64,000 bases of DNA from positions 4,281 through 68,280 of the forward strand of contig CAZUIL010000003.1 of the NCBI GenBank assembly GCA_964620175.1, in the 5' to 3' direction. The notes under the pieces were generated by a model. The model was not told the origin of the DNA. It was given only the letters and a program-made list of their open reading frames with translations, and did no database searches. Source of the DNA: an uncultured Candidatus Saccharibacteria bacterium (GTDB lineage Bacteria > Patescibacteriota > Saccharimonadia > Saccharimonadales > CAYZZS01). Numbering within the stretch: position 1 is the first letter of the stretch; each line of letters begins with the position of its first letter. Made by a program: the position numbers and the translations under genes. Shown in pieces: positions 62,106-64,000 of this stretch.

Positions 62106-63146
62106 CTACAGGACTGTGCCAGCCGTCTGGGCGAGGATGTAGCTTAGTACAAGCAGGCTGATAATAACGAGGTCAAATACGGCATGCTTCATGATGAACC
62201 GCTCACCCCTTTTAATCATCTTGCGTAAGCCCAGGCCATGCTTTAGCAGCAAGTAAGCCGCGCTTCCGCCGCTAAACAAACCAATTGCGAATAAGCTCCA
62301 TGGCGCCTTACCGTCTGTTATTGCCTGGATCCGTGAAATCTTTCTAGCAGGGATGGCTGCCAGGGACGTCACTTCTTCGGTTGTCGGGATGTTTTGTTCC
62401 GCTGCATGTGTCTCATCGGCTTGTGGTGGGGTTGCTTCGGGCTTGGCTGGTTCAGCAGGAGTGCTGGCAACAGGAGCAGTCGTTGGGGCCGGTGATGGGG
62501 TTGCTGCCGGCGCCGGTGGTGTCGGATTCGTATTCGCTGGCGGTGCAGCCGCTACCTGGGCAGGCTTGCCGTACATGGCGACGACGACTGTGGCTGGCCC
62601 CTGGCCCTGATAATTGGCTGCATTGGCGATGCCGAACCCAACATCAGCATAGTCACTATCCAGCATGTTTGCTTTGTGTGACGGGCTGTTCATCCAGCCA
62701 GCAATGGTTGCCTCACTTGTCAGGAAGCCATAGGCCAAGTTCTCACCCGCTTTAACATAGTCGTATCCGGCTTGGTCGATAAACACCCATGGCGGATTGC
62801 CTTCGGGCGTATTGTGGGACCAGTAGTCCCGCGTTGCCATGTCACTTGCCTTTGCCTGGGCCGCTTGGTTTAAAAGCGAGTTGCTGCCAAGCGAAGCTTT
62901 GCCATGGCCAGCACGCTGGACGTTAGTGGCTTGCAAGAGGCCGCTTATACTAACGTCAGTAGCATAGGCAAGCACCCCGTTGCTATAAGCGAGCCGCGGC
63001 TGCCACTGGCTATTAATCGCCAGCCCTACCATCACAATGACCAATATGGGTAAGTACGGCCAGTATGTTTTTAGGAAATGCTTCGTGTGTTTTTGGTGTT
63101 TTCCCTGGCGCTTGCGGTGCGGGACAGGGCGGGTGTGAGTAGCCAT
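62106..63146 (-). CDS. CAP/SCP/PR1-domain protein with N- and C-terminal TM segments and a Pro/Ala/Thr-rich linker
   Basis: CAP-domain motifs (MATRDYWSHNTPEG..., GENLAYGF, GWMNSPSHKANML..DVGFG). Linker AAPPANTNPTPPAPAATPSPAPTTAP... Confidence 0.8.
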   Translation of the reverse strand: MATHTRPVPHRKRQGKHQKHTKHFLKTYWPYLPILVIVMVGLAINSQWQPRLAYSNGVLAYATDVSISGLLQATNVQRAGHGKASLGSNSLLNQAAQAKASDMATRDYWSHNTPEGNPPWVFIDQAGYDYVKAGENLAYGFLTSEATIAGWMNSPSHKANMLDSDYADVGFGIANAANYQGQGPATVVVAMYGKPAQVAAAPPANTNPTPPAPAATPSPAPTTAPVASTPAEPAKPEATPPQADETHAAEQNIPTTEEVTSLAAIPARKISRIQAITDGKAPWSLFAIGLFSGGSAAYLLLKHGLGLRKMIKRGERFIMKHAVFDLVIISLLVLSYILAQTAGTVL

Positions 63147-63152
63147 GAGCTT

Positions 63153-63158
63153 ATTGTA
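63153..63158 (-). promoter_or_regulatory. -10 box TACAAT in leaderless geometry upstream of the CAP-domain gene
   Basis: On the minus strand, TACAAT lies 6 nt before ATG 63146. The -35 is weak. Confidence 0.3.
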
Positions 63159-63186
63159 GCTTGAACCGCGCTAGAGTGGAATATTC

Positions 63187-64000
63187 TTATGCCTGCGGCC
63201 CGTTTCGGTAGCGACCACCGAGCAAGTAGTAGATGACAGCGATGGTGACAATTCCAAACAGCCAATAGTACCAAGGTGTACCACTCCCTTGGGTGTCCGC
63301 TTGTTCATCACCTTCGCGTTCGTTGTCTTGTCCGTCCTCGGTTTCGTCCTGTCTTTCATCTTGACTGTCGTTTGTAGTGCTTACAGCACCGTCATCCACC
63401 GCTACGATATTTCCATCACCTTTACCGGCGGTAAATGAGAATGAGCGTACGCTGGCAGGAGTTACAACTGCAGGCGTTGGAGAATTGGTAGTGTCAGTCC
63501 CTTGTACGCCGCCTGCGCGGTAAGACAAGACGCCACGCCGCATTGTTATCGCGATTAACGGGCAGTACCAGCCACTGCACTCATCTGTTTCAACAGCTGT
63601 CGCTAGGGCGTTCATATCTTCGCTGGCTGCTTGATTGCCCGACCAGTGCTGCTGGCAAAAGGCGGGCTCTGTGGGGTAAGCAAAATCGCCTTGCCGGTCA
63701 CGGACTTCGCCGAATGCATCTTCGCAAGCAACCGTCTCATTAGAGCGCGCAATTGCGGTAAAGAGCGTGTTCTGTGCCATTGGATTGAGTGTCACCGTTC
63801 CTGCCGGCAGTGTCCATGTGCCGTTACCGTTATTGGTAGCCTTATAAGGTACACCATTGACCCGCACGATGACGATTGCGTCAGGATCGCTGACCGTACC
63901 GCTGAGTTCCGGCGAAGTCTTGTCAGTAAATATCGGATGTATATCAACCAGTTTGCTTACCGGCAATAATGGCATATCTACCACATGCACCTGTACGCTT
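63187..64000 (-). CDS. cell-surface protein with Ig-like domain, acidic tail and C-terminal TM anchor (5' end probably outside the window)
   Basis: The frame stays open to base 64000. The SGTVSDPDAIVIVRVNGVPYKATNNGNGTWTL pattern is typical of bacterial Ig-like repeats. C-terminal WYYWLFGIVTIAVIYYLLGG anchor. Confidence 0.5.
   Translation of the reverse strand, partial: SVQVHVVDMPLLPVSKLVDIHPIFTDKTSPELSGTVSDPDAIVIVRVNGVPYKATNNGNGTWTLPAGTVTLNPMAQNTLFTAIARSNETVACEDAFGEVRDRQGDFAYPTEPAFCQQHWSGNQAASEDMNALATAVETDECSGWYCPLIAITMRRGVLSYRAGGVQGTDTTNSPTPAVVTPASVRSFSFTAGKGDGNIVAVDDGAVSTTNDSQDERQDETEDGQDNEREGDEQADTQGSGTPWYYWLFGIVTIAVIYYLLGGRYRNGPQA

Noticed and set aside
1-64000. CRISPR arrays, IS elements or transposases, integrases, rRNA genes, recognisable restriction-modification, toxin-antitoxin or other defence operons.
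   Set aside because: I saw no regularly spaced direct repeats, no DDE/tyrosine/serine recombinase-like ORFs, no rRNA-like sequence, and no defence-type domain combinations in the ORF translations. Detection by eye is limited for diverged or short repeats.

Overview
Gene-dense 64-kb bacterial chromosomal segment: about 75 protein genes, many with 1-4 nt start/stop overlaps, roughly 50% GC by eye, standard genetic code. All calls were made by eye from the sequence and ORF track; no searches or computations were run.

Content is mostly housekeeping:
- Translation and replication: rnc (3' end only), rpsP, a KH protein, trmD, pheS/pheT, gatCAB, uvrB, dnaE.
- A compact sugar-phosphate cluster: gap, rpiB, an rpe-like gene, split transketolase, class II aldolase, a PfkB kinase, and ppa just upstream.
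- Redox and oxidative-stress genes: Ni-SOD sodN with its SodX protease, a thioredoxin-like/CcdA pair, an NrdH-like glutaredoxin, trxB, an amicyanin-like cupredoxin, an FNR-like reductase.
- Signalling and regulation: a CHASE histidine kinase with a receiver protein, Crp-type and ArsR-type regulators.
- Transport: three ABC systems, an RND pump, CorA and ZIP metal transporters.
- DNA repair: mpg, rmuC, an alkylation-repair-like protein.
- One canonical tRNA-Gln(CUG).

I saw no rRNA, CRISPR array, transposase, integrase or recognisable defence system. The compaction and gene repertoire resemble a reduced-genome (Patescibacteria/Saccharibacteria-like) bacterium, but I cannot verify that.

Most noteworthy observations:
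1. A 769-bp ORF-poor, helix-dense spacer (33231-33999). It contains a tRNA-like gene whose anticodon arm is extended by 21 nt, followed by several strong helices and a 48-codon Cys-containing ORF. This is a candidate novel structured-RNA locus.
2. Unknown ORFs translationally coupled between pheS and pheT and between gatA and gatB.
3. An unknown 419-aa protein coupled to a TIGR00725/LOG-like protein.
4. A secreted His/Lys-rich protein.
5. A recurrent extended -10 (TGnTAnnnT) placed 6-8 nt before ATG at about ten genes, implying widespread leaderless mRNAs.
6. An orphan promoter-to-terminator unit where rimM normally sits.
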